From positions 1-37,070 of the IMG/VR virus record IMGVR_UViG_3300017655_000014: a DNA stretch of 37,070 bases, one strand, 5' to 3'. The position numbers and the translations under genes were made by a program. This stretch comes from a virus. Taxonomy: Duplodnaviria; Caudoviricetes. Under the pieces are notes generated by a model, which did no database searches, had not been told where the DNA came from, and saw nothing but the letters and a program-made list of their open reading frames with translations. Positions 8,122-18,410 of the stretch are shown one piece after another. Numbering within the stretch: the first letter of the stretch is position 1; each line of letters starts with the position of its first letter.

Positions 8122-10296
8122 ATGGCACGGGTGACGATCACTCAGACCAACTTCACCGCCGGCGAGGTTTCTCCGCGGTGCTTCGGCCGCGTCGACGTGG
8201 CACGGTACCAGAACGGCGCCAAGCACCTGCGCAACTGCATAGTCAACATCCACGGCGGCGCCGAGCGCCGGGACGGTAGCCTGTTCGTCGCCGGCACCAA
8301 GCACCATGCCCAGCGGTCGCGGTTGATCCCCTACGTGTTCTCCACCACCCAGGCCTATGTCCTGGAATTCGGGCACCTTTACATGCGGGTATACGTGCAG
8401 AGCGGCGGCCAGGTGATGGCTGGCCCCGATCCCTACGAGATTGCCACGCCATACAGCGCGGACATGGTGCAGGAGCTGGATTACACCCAGGGTGCCGACA
8501 CCATGTTCATCTTTCATGGCGCGGTTGCCATTCACACCTTGCGGCGCCTGGCACCGGATAATTGGGTGCTCAGCCCGGCACCGTTCACGGTAACGCCGTT
8601 CGCGGAGATCGGCGACAGGTTTGGCGCCAGTCTGACGCTGTCCGATGCATCTACCGGCACGGGCCGCAGTGTCACGGCGTCGGCTGGCACGTTCCTGGCC
8701 GGCGACGTCGGCCGGCATATCACCTACCTGTCCGGCCGGGCCAAGATCACGGCAGTGGCCAGCGCCACCAGCGCCACGGCGCAAATTCTCGCCGCCTTCC
8801 CGGATGTGGCGGTGCCTGCCGATGACTGGATCCTCGAGGACTCGCCCCAAACGACCATCACTCCCTCGGCCAAGGACCCGGTGGGCGCGGCGGTGACCCT
8901 GTTAGCCGACGCTGACAGCTTCCGCGCTGGGGACGTCGGCAAGTATCTGCGGATCAATTCCGGCCTGGTCCTGATCACCGCCGTGGCCGATGTCCAAAAC
9001 GCGACGGGCACGATCAAGGAAGAGCTGTCCGCGGCGGTGGGGTCGCCGCCGTCGGCATGGTCGCTTGAGCGTGCGGTCTGGAACGACACCGACGGCTATC
9101 CCTGCACCGGGGCGATGTACGAGCAGCGCCTGGTCGCCGCCGGCTCGCCGCGGTATCCGCAAACCGTGTGGGGCAGCCGGTCCGGCCTGTTCTTCGACTT
9201 CACGATCGGGACGAACGACGACGACGCTTTCAGCTTCTCGCTACCCTCGACCGGACAGATCAACCCCATCCAGCGCATGGCGTCGGCCAAGGCGCTGATC
9301 CCGTTCACCTACGGCGGCGAGTACACCATGGAGGGCGGGGTGGAGAAGCCGCTGTCGCCCACCAACGTGCAGGCCAAGAGCCCATCGGTCTACGGGTCCG
9401 GAACGGTCAAGCCGTGCCGCGTTGGGAATGAGGTGCTGTTCGTGCAGCGCGCCGGCAAAAAACTCCGGGCCATGGCGTACCGGATCGGCGCCGACACCTA
9501 CAGCGCCCCGGATTTGACCGTGCTGGCGGACCACCTGACCCAGGCCGGCATCGTGGACATGTGCTACCAGCAGGAGCCGCGCTCCATCCTGTGGTGCGTG
9601 CGCAGCGACGGCATGCTGGCGACCATGACCATCGATCGGGATGAGAGCGTGATTGCCTGGACGCCCCAGGGCACCGCCGGCGAGTATGAGTCCGTGGCAT
9701 CGATCCCGAACGCTGACGGCGACGAGGTATGGGCCATCGTCAAGCGCACGGCCGGCGGCCAGACCCGGCGCTATGTCGAGCGTTTCCAACCGGAAATTTA
9801 TGCGGATTCCACCATTCTGGGCGCCTCGGTGCCGGGCACGGATACCTGGTCCGGCCTGGATCATTTGGAGGGATTGACGGTCGCCGCGCGCGCCGATGAC
9901 GTGTTCGTGGGGACGTTCGAGGTGACCGGTGGTCAGATCGTGCTGCCTCGGGCGGCGCACGCGGTCCAGATCGGCTTGCCCTATACCGTCGAGGTGACGC
10001 TGTTACGGCCCGAACTGCAATACGGCGAGGGTAGCGCCCAGGGTAATGCCCAGCGCGTGCACGAGGTCTCCCTGCTGTTCATGGACACGATCGGCGCGAA
10101 GCTGAACGGTGACGTCATCTCGTTCCGTGAATTCGGGTCAGATCTTCTGGACGTCCCGCCTGCCGCGCTTTCCGGAATGAAGCGCGCCGGCCTGACCGAA
10201 TGGTCCAGGGGCGACGCCGAAATCACGATCGCCCAGGATGAACCCAACCCCTTTCATCTGCTGTCGGTGGTGCGCAAGCTGACCGTCAACAGCTAG
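8122..10296 (+). CDS. Tail tubular protein B / nozzle (T7 gp12-like)
   Basis: QTNFTAGEVSP...R.D...Y..G, GGAERR.G, YVLEFG..Y.R, GYP.....YEQRL..AG, GL.HLEG..V...AD; 724 aa beta-propeller-like. Confidence 0.85.
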   Translation: MARVTITQTNFTAGEVSPRCFGRVDVARYQNGAKHLRNCIVNIHGGAERRDGSLFVAGTKHHAQRSRLIPYVFSTTQAYVLEFGHLYMRVYVQSGGQVMAGPDPYEIATPYSADMVQELDYTQGADTMFIFHGAVAIHTLRRLAPDNWVLSPAPFTVTPFAEIGDRFGASLTLSDASTGTGRSVTASAGTFLAGDVGRHITYLSGRAKITAVASATSATAQILAAFPDVAVPADDWILEDSPQTTITPSAKDPVGAAVTLLADADSFRAGDVGKYLRINSGLVLITAVADVQNATGTIKEELSAAVGSPPSAWSLERAVWNDTDGYPCTGAMYEQRLVAAGSPRYPQTVWGSRSGLFFDFTIGTNDDDAFSFSLPSTGQINPIQRMASAKALIPFTYGGEYTMEGGVEKPLSPTNVQAKSPSVYGSGTVKPCRVGNEVLFVQRAGKKLRAMAYRIGADTYSAPDLTVLADHLTQAGIVDMCYQQEPRSILWCVRSDGMLATMTIDRDESVIAWTPQGTAGEYESVASIPNADGDEVWAIVKRTAGGQTRRYVERFQPEIYADSTILGASVPGTDTWSGLDHLEGLTVAARADDVFVGTFEVTGGQIVLPRAAHAVQIGLPYTVEVTLLRPELQYGEGSAQGNAQRVHEVSLLFMDTIGAKLNGDVISFREFGSDLLDVPPAALSGMKRAGLTEWSRGDAEITIAQDEPNPFHLLSVVRKLTVNS

Positions 10297-10304
10297 GAGG
10301 AGCC

Positions 10305-10751
10305 ATGGCAATACGCAAAGCGACGCTTGAGGATGTGGAACCCATGGTGGATTTGGGCCGCGTGATGCACCAGGAATCCCCGAGATTCAGCCAGCTGTCG
10401 TTCGATGTTCCCAAGGTACGGGGCACCATCGCATCGATGGTGGATGACGAGCGTTATTTCCTGGTAGTCGACGAGCGCGCCGGCGAGCTGGTCGCCGGGT
10501 TTGCGGGATTCGTGATGCCGCACTGGTTTTCCGCCGACCTGGTGGCGCAGGACATGGCGCTATTCGTGCGGCCTGACAAGCGCGGGAGCCTGGCGGCGGC
10601 GCGCATGGTGCAGATGTTCGTCGATTGGGCGAAGTGGCGTGGCGCCAAGCAGATCGTCCTGGGGATATCCACGGGGGTGCACGTCGAGCAGACGGCGCGC
10701 CTGTATCAATCAATCGGCCTGCATGAGTTCGGGCGACTTTTTGAGGTGTAA
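10305..10751 (+). CDS. GNAT-family acetyltransferase
   Basis: IRKATLED start, LFVRPDKRGS motif A, ARLYQSIGL motif B; AGGAGG RBS. Confidence 0.85.
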   Translation: MAIRKATLEDVEPMVDLGRVMHQESPRFSQLSFDVPKVRGTIASMVDDERYFLVVDERAGELVAGFAGFVMPHWFSADLVAQDMALFVRPDKRGSLAAARMVQMFVDWAKWRGAKQIVLGISTGVHVEQTARLYQSIGLHEFGRLFEV

Positions 10752-10753
10752 AC

Positions 10754-11194
10754 ATGTGTACAGGCTTGGAAGTGGCATTGATCGGGATGGCGACGTCAGC
10801 GGTTGGCACCGTGTATTCCGGCATCCAGCAAAACCAAACGGCCAAAGCCAACGCCGAACTGGCCAGGCGCGAGGGTGAGCAGCAGCGCGACGCCGCGGTG
10901 GCGCAGGCTGAGAAAATCCGCAAAGCTGCCCGGGCGCAGGCCGGCGCCGCCAACGCGGCCCTAGCGGCGTCGGGGGTGGCGACCGGGGAGGGGACACCGG
11001 TGCGGATCAACGAGCAAATCATGCGGGATTCCGAGAGCGATGCCTACAGCACGCTGCTGACCGGGCAGCGCCGCCAGCAAACAGCCGAGGCCGAGGCCGG
11101 CATCCTGCGCAGCCAGGGAAGTGCCGCTTTGACGGGAAGCCTGTTGTCCGCCGGCGCATCGTCCCTGGACAAGTACGTTCGCATTAAGAGGTAG
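10754..11194 (+). CDS. Small ejection (internal virion) protein, T7 gp14-like position
   Basis: MC start, hydrophobic Gly/Ala N-terminus, AASGV..GEGTP motif, helical. Confidence 0.7.
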   Translation: MCTGLEVALIGMATSAVGTVYSGIQQNQTAKANAELARREGEQQRDAAVAQAEKIRKAARAQAGAANAALAASGVATGEGTPVRINEQIMRDSESDAYSTLLTGQRRQQTAEAEAGILRSQGSAALTGSLLSAGASSLDKYVRIKR

Positions 11195-11196
11195 CC

Positions 11197-13194
11197 ATGA
11201 AGATTCCATTGGGGGGATTTGGGAATGTGGTCGCGCAGCCCGAGCAGCAAGTCAGGGTGCCGCAATCGGATGGAATCGGCCGGGCCATTGCCGGGGCGGG
11301 GGACACACTGTTCGGCGCTTCCATGGAACTGCGCCGGGCCGAGGAGCAGAAGCGGAACGCCGACGCCGCGGTGGTGCTCGCCACCACGACCAACGACATG
11401 CACAGCCTGCACGACGACATGGCGCTGCAGCTGCAGGACGGCCGGCTATCGTCGGATCGCGCGTTGCCCGAATTTGCCGAGAAGCGCCAGGCCCTGGTGG
11501 CCGAGCGGACAAAAGGCCTGACGAGCGAGCAGCGGCAGGTGATCGAGGCGCAACTGGTGCGCAGCTATGGGGCATTGGAGCGCAGCCTGAACGGCCAGGC
11601 AATCCGCCGATCGCAGCAGGACACCGGCGCATCTCTGGTGACGATGAGCGAGCAGCTGCAGCGCGCCGCCATGCGAGACCTACCGGCCGCCATCGGCCAG
11701 TGGGACACCGTCGCTGACATGGTCGGCCCGGCGGCAGGATGGGATCCGACCCGGATTGCCGAGGCCAAGCAGAAATTCAAGGAAGGGGCGACCTTCAATT
11801 TTGCCAATGCCACCCTGGAAGGCGCCGCGCAAACCGGGGACATCGAGCTGGTACGCGCGGCGCGCAAGCGCATCGAGGGCGATGAGGGCGAAGCGATCGA
11901 CCCCGCTCGCCGTACCGCGCTGATCACCAAGGCGTATGCGTTTGAAAACGGCATCCTGGCATCCAACGCCAGGGAAGCCGAAAAAGCCAACCGTGAGCAG
12001 GAAGCCCGGGAAAAGGCTGGCCGAACCGCCTACGAGGGCGCGCGGGATCTGATGCTCAACGGCCGCTATCTCTCTACCGAATACCTGTCCGGGCTGGCCG
12101 ACATCACCGCCGGCACCAGCGCGGCGCCCGCCGTCCAGGAGCTGGTGAAATCACAAGCCGAGGTGGCGGGCTTCGCGTCGATGCCGTTATCCAAGCAGCA
12201 GGCCGTCATCGAGCAGATGCGCCGCCCTGGGTCGACACCCGGCACCGGCACCAGCCCGGACCAGGAAAAGCTGATCGAGTACATGCAGAGAATTCACGAT
12301 GGCGGCGACAAGGCGTACAAGGAAAACCCCTGGCAGGCCGCCCAGGAGCGCGCCGTCATCGAGGCCGCGCCCGTCATCAACCTGGGCAGCGTGCAGGACG
12401 CGCAGAAAATCATCGCCCAGCGCATGAAGCAAATCGACCAGGTGGAAGTCGCCGCGGACAGAAAAATCTCCCCACTGCAGCCGCAGGAGGCCGAAACAAT
12501 CGGGCGGATGATCAAGGCGCTGCCGCCGGACCAGCAATCCACGGCCCTGGCCGGTATCGGCGACCTGGTGAAGGATGCCGACCGCATCGCCGATCTGGCG
12601 CACCAATTCGATTCCAAGGACAAGGTTCTCGGGACCGCGATGATGTTCGCCAACAGCAAGACCACGATAGGGCGCCATACCAGCGAACTGGTATTGCGGG
12701 GAGAGCGTGCCATCCGGGACAAAGCCATCGCCATCGACAGCCGGCAGGAAACCGGCTGGCGGGCGCAGATCGCCCAGGAAATCGGTGACGCCTTCCTCAA
12801 CCAAGAGGTACGCGCGCGCATGATCGATGCCGCCTACTACATCCAGGCGGGGTTTTCCGCGGAGGGTGGCGGCGAGGATATCGCGCGCGCAGTGCGCATG
12901 GCCGCCGGCCGGATCATCGAGCAGCCCAACGGCAAGAAATTGCCGCTCCCTCCAGGAATGGAGGAGCGGACGTTCGAGAAGCGCATCGAGTCCATCCAGC
13001 CGGCCGATCTTGCCAGCCAGGCGTCCAATGGCATGGTCTACGTCGGGCAGACCCAGGTGCCGTTGGATGAGTTCGTGAAAAGCTTGCCGGAGGCATCCCT
13101 GGTGCACGCCGGTCCGGGCCGCTACAACGTGAGCGCGGGATCGGGGCTGGTGCTCAACCAGCAGGGGAAACGGATCACAATCGAGGTGCGCTGA
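11197..13194 (+). CDS. Internal virion/ejection protein
   Basis: 665-aa Ala/Gln-rich helical ORF in the ejection-gene block; coupled stop/start. Confidence 0.7.
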   Translation: MKIPLGGFGNVVAQPEQQVRVPQSDGIGRAIAGAGDTLFGASMELRRAEEQKRNADAAVVLATTTNDMHSLHDDMALQLQDGRLSSDRALPEFAEKRQALVAERTKGLTSEQRQVIEAQLVRSYGALERSLNGQAIRRSQQDTGASLVTMSEQLQRAAMRDLPAAIGQWDTVADMVGPAAGWDPTRIAEAKQKFKEGATFNFANATLEGAAQTGDIELVRAARKRIEGDEGEAIDPARRTALITKAYAFENGILASNAREAEKANREQEAREKAGRTAYEGARDLMLNGRYLSTEYLSGLADITAGTSAAPAVQELVKSQAEVAGFASMPLSKQQAVIEQMRRPGSTPGTGTSPDQEKLIEYMQRIHDGGDKAYKENPWQAAQERAVIEAAPVINLGSVQDAQKIIAQRMKQIDQVEVAADRKISPLQPQEAETIGRMIKALPPDQQSTALAGIGDLVKDADRIADLAHQFDSKDKVLGTAMMFANSKTTIGRHTSELVLRGERAIRDKAIAIDSRQETGWRAQIAQEIGDAFLNQEVRARMIDAAYYIQAGFSAEGGGEDIARAVRMAAGRIIEQPNGKKLPLPPGMEERTFEKRIESIQPADLASQASNGMVYVGQTQVPLDEFVKSLPEASLVHAGPGRYNVSAGSGLVLNQQGKRITIEVR

Positions 13195-15512
13195 TGATCG
13201 ACGCAATGTTCCAGTCGGAAATTGACCAGACCCTGGATGATCGGGTCGCAAGGCCCCTGCCGGAGCGGGCACCGTCCCGTGGATTTTGGAGTGCGGCGGG
13301 CGGTGTTGCCGCGGCGCCGTTCAAGGGTGCAGGCGTTGGCCTGGGCCTTGAGGTTCCCGCCAGCATGGCGGATCTCGGGGGAACCTTTGGTGCTTTGAAT
13401 CTCGCAAGCGAGGTTCCGCAAGGTGTCTCCATGCTGGCTGATCTGACATCGGGGGATGTGCCCGATCAAGCGCGCCGGGATGCTCAAAGCAGAATCTTGT
13501 CTGGCGAGGCGTTCAGTACCGAGCTCGGTACGGGCTTGCGTGTCAAGGCGCGCAGCTTCGCTCCGGATCCAGCCACCAGCAACATGGCTGAACAGCTCTT
13601 GTTCGGCCTTGGGCGGTTTGGTGGTAAGGCGGTGGGGTACTCGCTGCTTATGGGCCCGGCTGGTGGCGCGCTCATGATGGGCGTCGACGAGGGGATGACG
13701 GAGGCCGACCGCCTGAAGGCTGAAGGGGTGGATATCCAGACCCGGACTAAAGTCGGCGTCGCAACCGGCATTTCGTCCGCTGTCGCTGTGCGGTTGCCGG
13801 TTTCTGGTCGAACTACTCGCCAAACTATTGGCTATGTCGCCGCCGGCGGTCCAGGAGGATTCATCGCCCAGCAGGCCGCCAGCAAATCCATCCTTGAAAA
13901 CGCTGGATACAACAAGATCGCAGACCAGTATGACCCGTTCGACCCCGTCGGCCTGGCCGTATCGACGCTGGTTCCTGTGGGGTTCGGTGCCTATGCCTTG
14001 CGTGGCGTACGTGCGCGCCAGCAAGCCCAGGCCGGGCGCGGGCCGGGCGATCCGGCCGCCGAGCGGGAACTGGCCGCCATGGGCGCCAACGAGCGCCAGG
14101 CCCTGCGATACAACGACCCACGGCTGGACGCCTACGCCGTGACGGCTGCCCAGCGCGAAGGAATCCCACCCGAGGCCCTGTTGGCGATCAAGAACGCCGG
14201 GGAGAAGTCTCCCAGCAGCGCAGCAACGTCCCCGGTCGGCGCCAAGGGGATCATGCAGTTCATGGACGAAACCTGGGCAGCGTATGGGCGCGGCACCGAT
14301 GTGCGCGACCCGCTGGCGAATATCGATGCCAGCGCCCGGTTCATGAAAGACCTGATCGCCCAATACGACGGCAACGTGCGCGCCGCGATCGCCCATTACA
14401 ACGGCGGCGGCAGGGCTGGGCGCGCTGTCCAGCGCGGCGAGGCGCCGCCGGCTGGGGAAACCCAGCGCTACCTGCGGCGCACCGACGAATATATCGCTGC
14501 GCGCCAGGGGGAGGAAGCGGGTCGGGCTGCAGCATCCGATCCGGAGGCCGTCGCGGCTGCGCGCGTTCACCTGGCCAGGCAGGCCATGGACTCGACCAAC
14601 CTGTACGCCGCCCAGGACATTGTGGGGGCATCGCGCCACGTGGATGCGGTGATGCGTGCCAGCGACCAGCTGGCGGCCGGCGAGCGTGTGGATGTGTCGA
14701 GCATGATCGACGTCGAGCGCATCAACATCGGCCGGGCCTACGACCTGGTGCGCGCGCTGCCCGAGGGTGACCGCTTCGACCCCATGGTGATGATCCGTCC
14801 CGAGGATATAGATGCCGTGGCGATCAGCCGTGGCGGCTGGCGGGGTATTGGTGACATCGAGGTGAAAGGCCAGGGTTACGGGCTGGTGAAATTCATCTGG
14901 CGCCACGGGGAAGAGTCATCCAAGGCGCCGGAACTGCAAATCGGCAGGGAAGACTTGATGGCCTTCCCGAGCGTGATCCGGAATTTTGAGCCGACCCGGC
15001 AGGCAGCGCCGGACGGCAGCCGCGGGCGGGAATGGCGCGTTTCGTTGCCTGGGCCGGACGGCAAAGCGCGCACGGTGGTGTTCGCGGAAAACAAGGTGGA
15101 GGGGAGCGACGTCAGGCAGGTCGTCAGCGCCTACGTCCAAGACCCAGGAAAGCCCGGGCATGATGCGCCGATTTCCAAAGAAAAAACCAACTTGGGGCCC
15201 GAATCCCCCGGCAAGTGGATGGACACTCACGCCGGGGATACGCTGGATGGCTTTTTGCACCAACCAGGTCGGGACAAGCTGGTTGACGCCAGTATAGCAA
15301 AACGCGGGGAAATTGGAATCTCCGACGTTCTCGACGCCCAGACCGCCGAAATATCCCGCCTGTCGCCCGACATGATGGTGCAGCTCGAGGGGATGGATCA
15401 GCCCATGCGCCTGGCCGATGCCCTGGAAGCCGTGAAGGCGGAAGCCGATGCCGAGGTCAAGGACGCCCCACTGTTGAAAGTCGCCGCAGAGTGTTTCCTG
15501 CGCAACGGATAA
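13194..15512 (+). CDS. Ejection protein with SLT lytic transglycosylase and PBECR-like domains
   Basis: SLT motifs AIKNAGEKS / GAKGIMQFM / AHYNGG (about 14100-14500); GYGLVKFIWRHG...VVSAY domain (about 14765-15146). Confidence 0.8.
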   Translation: MIDAMFQSEIDQTLDDRVARPLPERAPSRGFWSAAGGVAAAPFKGAGVGLGLEVPASMADLGGTFGALNLASEVPQGVSMLADLTSGDVPDQARRDAQSRILSGEAFSTELGTGLRVKARSFAPDPATSNMAEQLLFGLGRFGGKAVGYSLLMGPAGGALMMGVDEGMTEADRLKAEGVDIQTRTKVGVATGISSAVAVRLPVSGRTTRQTIGYVAAGGPGGFIAQQAASKSILENAGYNKIADQYDPFDPVGLAVSTLVPVGFGAYALRGVRARQQAQAGRGPGDPAAERELAAMGANERQALRYNDPRLDAYAVTAAQREGIPPEALLAIKNAGEKSPSSAATSPVGAKGIMQFMDETWAAYGRGTDVRDPLANIDASARFMKDLIAQYDGNVRAAIAHYNGGGRAGRAVQRGEAPPAGETQRYLRRTDEYIAARQGEEAGRAAASDPEAVAAARVHLARQAMDSTNLYAAQDIVGASRHVDAVMRASDQLAAGERVDVSSMIDVERINIGRAYDLVRALPEGDRFDPMVMIRPEDIDAVAISRGGWRGIGDIEVKGQGYGLVKFIWRHGEESSKAPELQIGREDLMAFPSVIRNFEPTRQAAPDGSRGREWRVSLPGPDGKARTVVFAENKVEGSDVRQVVSAYVQDPGKPGHDAPISKEKTNLGPESPGKWMDTHAGDTLDGFLHQPGRDKLVDASIAKRGEIGISDVLDAQTAEISRLSPDMMVQLEGMDQPMRLADALEAVKAEADAEVKDAPLLKVAAECFLRNG

Positions 15513-15522
15513 CGAGGTAACC

Positions 15523-18018
15523 ATGCACAAGAACTGTATCGATGCCGTACAGCAAGCCGCCGGCCGGATGCTGACCAACGCAGAAATCAAGAAGATCGAG
15601 GACAAGATCAGCAGCACCATGCGCCAGCTGGCCCGGCAAGACCCCAGCGCCTGGCGCGCCAAGTCATCCGACCAGCGCGTCATCGAGGCGGCCCAGCAGG
15701 CCATGGCCGACATCGAGGCCGAGGCAGCATTGAAGGTGCAGCGCGCCCAGCTGCAGATTCTCAAAACCGCATCGATGGATACCCGGGTCGGGGACTTGAT
15801 GGCGTCCTATGCCACCGGCAGGAGCAAGGCTTTGGTGCGGGAAATGGAGCTGACCTCCCACTATATCGAAGGCGTCAAGCGCGAGAACATGGCCAATCTC
15901 ATGGAATTGATGGAGGCCGTGGAGAGTCGCCAAGGGGCAGGTCTCGGTCGGCGTGCGCTCATGGCGGTATTTGACGCCGAGAACCCGCAGATGACCCGGG
16001 ACCTGGCGGCGGAAATCTTCGAGAACGGCGCCGGCCGGACCGGCAACAAGGTTGCGCAGCGCGCAGCGCGCGCCTGGCTGGATTCCATCGAGCAGATGCG
16101 CCAGCGATTCAACGCCGCCGGCGGTGACGTGGGTAAGCTGGATTATGGCTACCTGCCGCAGCCGCATGAGCGGGGCAGGGTGCGGGGAAATGCGACGCCG
16201 GAAGCCCGCAATGCCTGGGTGGGCGATGTCCTGCCGCTGCTCGACCGCAGCCGTTACCTCCAGGAGGATGGCACGCTGATGACGGACGCTCAGGTGATCC
16301 CGCTGCTGGAAAACGCATGGGAAACCATCTCCACGGGAGGCCTGAACAAGCTACAGCCCGGGCAGTATGCGGGCACCGGCGCGCGCGCAAATGCCGGCAG
16401 CGAGTCCCGGCAAATCCATTTCAAGGATGCAGAATCGTACCTGGGCTACATGAGCAAGTATGGTGGCGGCAGCATGTACGACGCCATGTCGGGCCACATC
16501 GGCGGCCTGTCGCGCGATATCGGTCTTGTGGAGCGGTACGGCCCCAACCCCGAGAACCAGATGCGCCTGCAGTTCGATCAAGCCAAGATCGCCGATTTGG
16601 GGCTGAAGCGCTCATTCGGCATGAAGCCGGAGGCATATTGGAACGTTGTCAGCGGCAAGACCTCCGCTTCTGAAAACGGTAATCTGGCTCAGATCGGCCA
16701 GGATATCCGGAATATCCAAGTGGCTGGCAAGCTGGGCGGCGCAACGCTGTCCAGCCTGACGGACCTGGGGAGCTACTTTGTCACCACCGGCTACAACAAG
16801 CTGTCCTACTGGGAGGCGCTGAAGAATATCGGCAAGCAGTTCGACGGGGAGACGCGCGACTTCCTGACGATGCACGGGATCATCGCGGATTCGATGATAT
16901 CGAACCTGAACCGGTGGAGCGGCGACAACATCAAAAACACTTGGTCTGGGCGCCTTGCGAACAGCACCATGAAGCTGTCCCTGATGAACGCTTGGACGGA
17001 TAACCTGCGCCGGGCGTTTTCCATGACCATGATGAATGGCCTGGCCAGGATGTCGAAGACGAAGTGGGCGGATTTGCCGGAGTGGGACCGCTCCCACTTG
17101 ACGCGCAAGGGCCTGACCGAGGCGGATTGGGATGTGGTCACGCAAGCCCAGCTCACAAGCTTCCAGGGCGCTGATTTCCTGACCCCGGAAGCAATTCGCG
17201 CCAGCGGCGATGCCCGGGCGAATGAAGTCGTCGCCAAGGTGCTGGGCCTGATCACCGACGAATCGGAATATGCAGTCATCAATCCTGATCTGGCGACTCG
17301 CGCCTTGTCCAGCGGCGGCGGCCTGGCTGCCGGGACTGCACGGGGGGAGCTTGCCCGCAGCGCCATGCAATTCAAATCGTTTCCGATTGCCATGATTTCG
17401 CGGCACTGGCGCCGGATGCTCGATGCGCCGCAGGGGCTGGATGGCGCCCCGGCCATGGCCAACCGCCTGATGTACGGCGCCGCGCTGATGACGTCGCTAA
17501 CTGCGCTGGGCGCGATCGCCTACCAGAACAAGCAGATCGTGCAGGGCAAGGACCCCGCCGACATGACTACGCCGAAGTTCTGGTTCCGCGCCATGGCGCA
17601 GGGTGGCGGCGCTGGATTTGTGGGGGATTTCCTGCTGTCTGATCCAACCGACAACTACGGCGACGCCACAGCCAACGCTATCAAAAACCTGGCCGGGCCG
17701 ACGGTTGGCAGCGTGTTCGATGTCGGGTACAAGCTTGGAGTGGAGAACATTTACCAGGCGATGGCCGGCAAAGACACGCACATAGGCGCCGAGGCGCTGC
17801 GCACGGCGCGCAGCCATACGCCCTACGTCAACATTTGGTATGCCAAGGCAGCATTCGATCATGCTGGGCTGCATGCTTTGCAGGAAAATCTATCCCCGGG
17901 GTACCTGAGCAGGATGCAGCGCCGCGCCCGGACGGAATGGGGGCAAGACTACTGGTGGAAGCCTGGGACGGGGGCGCCGGAACGGGCACCGGACTTTACT
18001 GCGATAGGGGGAAGATAA
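15523..18018 (+). CDS. Large ejection protein (T7 gp16-like position)
   Basis: 831 aa, helical; GYLPQ.H, R..HFKDA, QFKSFP and hydrophobic C-terminal segments typical of this class. Confidence 0.75.
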   Translation: MHKNCIDAVQQAAGRMLTNAEIKKIEDKISSTMRQLARQDPSAWRAKSSDQRVIEAAQQAMADIEAEAALKVQRAQLQILKTASMDTRVGDLMASYATGRSKALVREMELTSHYIEGVKRENMANLMELMEAVESRQGAGLGRRALMAVFDAENPQMTRDLAAEIFENGAGRTGNKVAQRAARAWLDSIEQMRQRFNAAGGDVGKLDYGYLPQPHERGRVRGNATPEARNAWVGDVLPLLDRSRYLQEDGTLMTDAQVIPLLENAWETISTGGLNKLQPGQYAGTGARANAGSESRQIHFKDAESYLGYMSKYGGGSMYDAMSGHIGGLSRDIGLVERYGPNPENQMRLQFDQAKIADLGLKRSFGMKPEAYWNVVSGKTSASENGNLAQIGQDIRNIQVAGKLGGATLSSLTDLGSYFVTTGYNKLSYWEALKNIGKQFDGETRDFLTMHGIIADSMISNLNRWSGDNIKNTWSGRLANSTMKLSLMNAWTDNLRRAFSMTMMNGLARMSKTKWADLPEWDRSHLTRKGLTEADWDVVTQAQLTSFQGADFLTPEAIRASGDARANEVVAKVLGLITDESEYAVINPDLATRALSSGGGLAAGTARGELARSAMQFKSFPIAMISRHWRRMLDAPQGLDGAPAMANRLMYGAALMTSLTALGAIAYQNKQIVQGKDPADMTTPKFWFRAMAQGGGAGFVGDFLLSDPTDNYGDATANAIKNLAGPTVGSVFDVGYKLGVENIYQAMAGKDTHIGAEALRTARSHTPYVNIWYAKAAFDHAGLHALQENLSPGYLSRMQRRARTEWGQDYWWKPGTGAPERAPDFTAIGGR

Positions 18019-18410
18019 TGCGACAGGACCAATTCGAGAAGCTGCAGGCGCTGACCGAAAAGCTGACCGATGTCTTTCTGGGTGAGGCGGATCCGGATAA
18101 ATGGCCGGGCCATGGCATCGAGGCGAGCAGCTGGGATCAACAAACCCGCGGGGACCGCTACTGGATGAAGAAGAACGCAGCGGCCACCCTGACCGTGGTC
18201 ATGAAAACCACGAACCTGATCGGCTTGATTCAGCAGCGCAGCAGCGCCGGCGAGAGCGGTGGCGTTGCTGTTCCTGAGGGCAATCCCGAGTTGGACAGCC
18301 TGGACGCCGAGATCCAGGCCGCAGAGCGAGAAGCCGCCAAGCTGCTGAGCCAGATTCAGCAGGGAACGGCAAAGGCGGCGTTCGACAAGCGCGTGCATGG
18401 GAAAGCCTAG
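18018..18410 (+). CDS. terS: Terminase small subunit (probable)
   Basis: TAATG coupling; 130 aa immediately upstream of and overlapping terL; EADPD.WPG...RGDRYW.KKNA.AT. Confidence 0.65.
   Translation: MRQDQFEKLQALTEKLTDVFLGEADPDKWPGHGIEASSWDQQTRGDRYWMKKNAAATLTVVMKTTNLIGLIQQRSSAGESGGVAVPEGNPELDSLDAEIQAAEREAAKLLSQIQQGTAKAAFDKRVHGKA

Noticed and set aside
13122-14906. 594-aa minus-strand ORF (also 5964-7142, 6986-8128, 12187-13272, 28999-29958)
   Set aside because: These are antisense shadows of GC3-rich genes, with no RBS, coupling or recognisable motifs.
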